Source: Antechinus flavipes (taxonomy: Eukaryota). Taken from it: a stretch of 64,000 nucleotides of DNA. The notes under the pieces are model-generated. The model worked only from the letters and a program-made list of their open reading frames with translations, did no database searches and was not told where the DNA came from. Positions 63,936 through 64,000 of this stretch are shown here, piece after piece. Numbering within the stretch: the stretch's first letter is position 1; each line of letters opens with the position of its first letter. A program made the position numbers and the translations under genes. Location of the stretch: the NCBI RefSeq assembly GCF_016432865.1, contig NC_067400.1:58838001-58902000 (forward strand), read 5' to 3'.

Positions 63936-64000
63936 TTAAAAAAGTGATTGATAATCTTGAAACAGAGTATCAATGGGGGCCAAAACTAATGGCATTAGAA

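Overview
This is a 64-kb AT-rich, CpG-poor mammalian window. The repeat content (WSINE1, Mar-type CORE-SINEs, marsupial L1 3' UTRs, RTE, Tigger1) points to a marsupial, probably a dasyurid such as the Tasmanian devil; the species call is inference. I could not assign any protein-coding gene, CpG island, tRNA, rRNA or CRISPR array. The window reads as intergenic or deep intronic DNA, and nearly all listed ORFs are LINE remnants, low-complexity sequence or chance. Most sequence is layered transposons: L1 (several with exact TSDs), L2, CR1/L3, RTE, MIR/Mar/WSINE1 SINEs, solo LTRs and a Tigger1 derivative, plus a 181-N gap. Three things stand out that the common repeats do not explain. (1) An 87-bp inverted repeat with 86/87 identity flanks about 1.15 kb (62617-63935). 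(2) A ~450-bp unassigned insertion has AATAAA, a short A tail and a 16-bp TSD (37373-37820), consistent with a retrocopied 3' UTR. (3) A degraded minus-strand reading frame (about 35960-36390) has collinear, by-eye similarity to bornavirus nucleoprotein; it is a tentative EBLN that needs an HMM search. Repeat family names come from recalled consensus motifs, not database searches, and the boundaries of old repeats are approximate.
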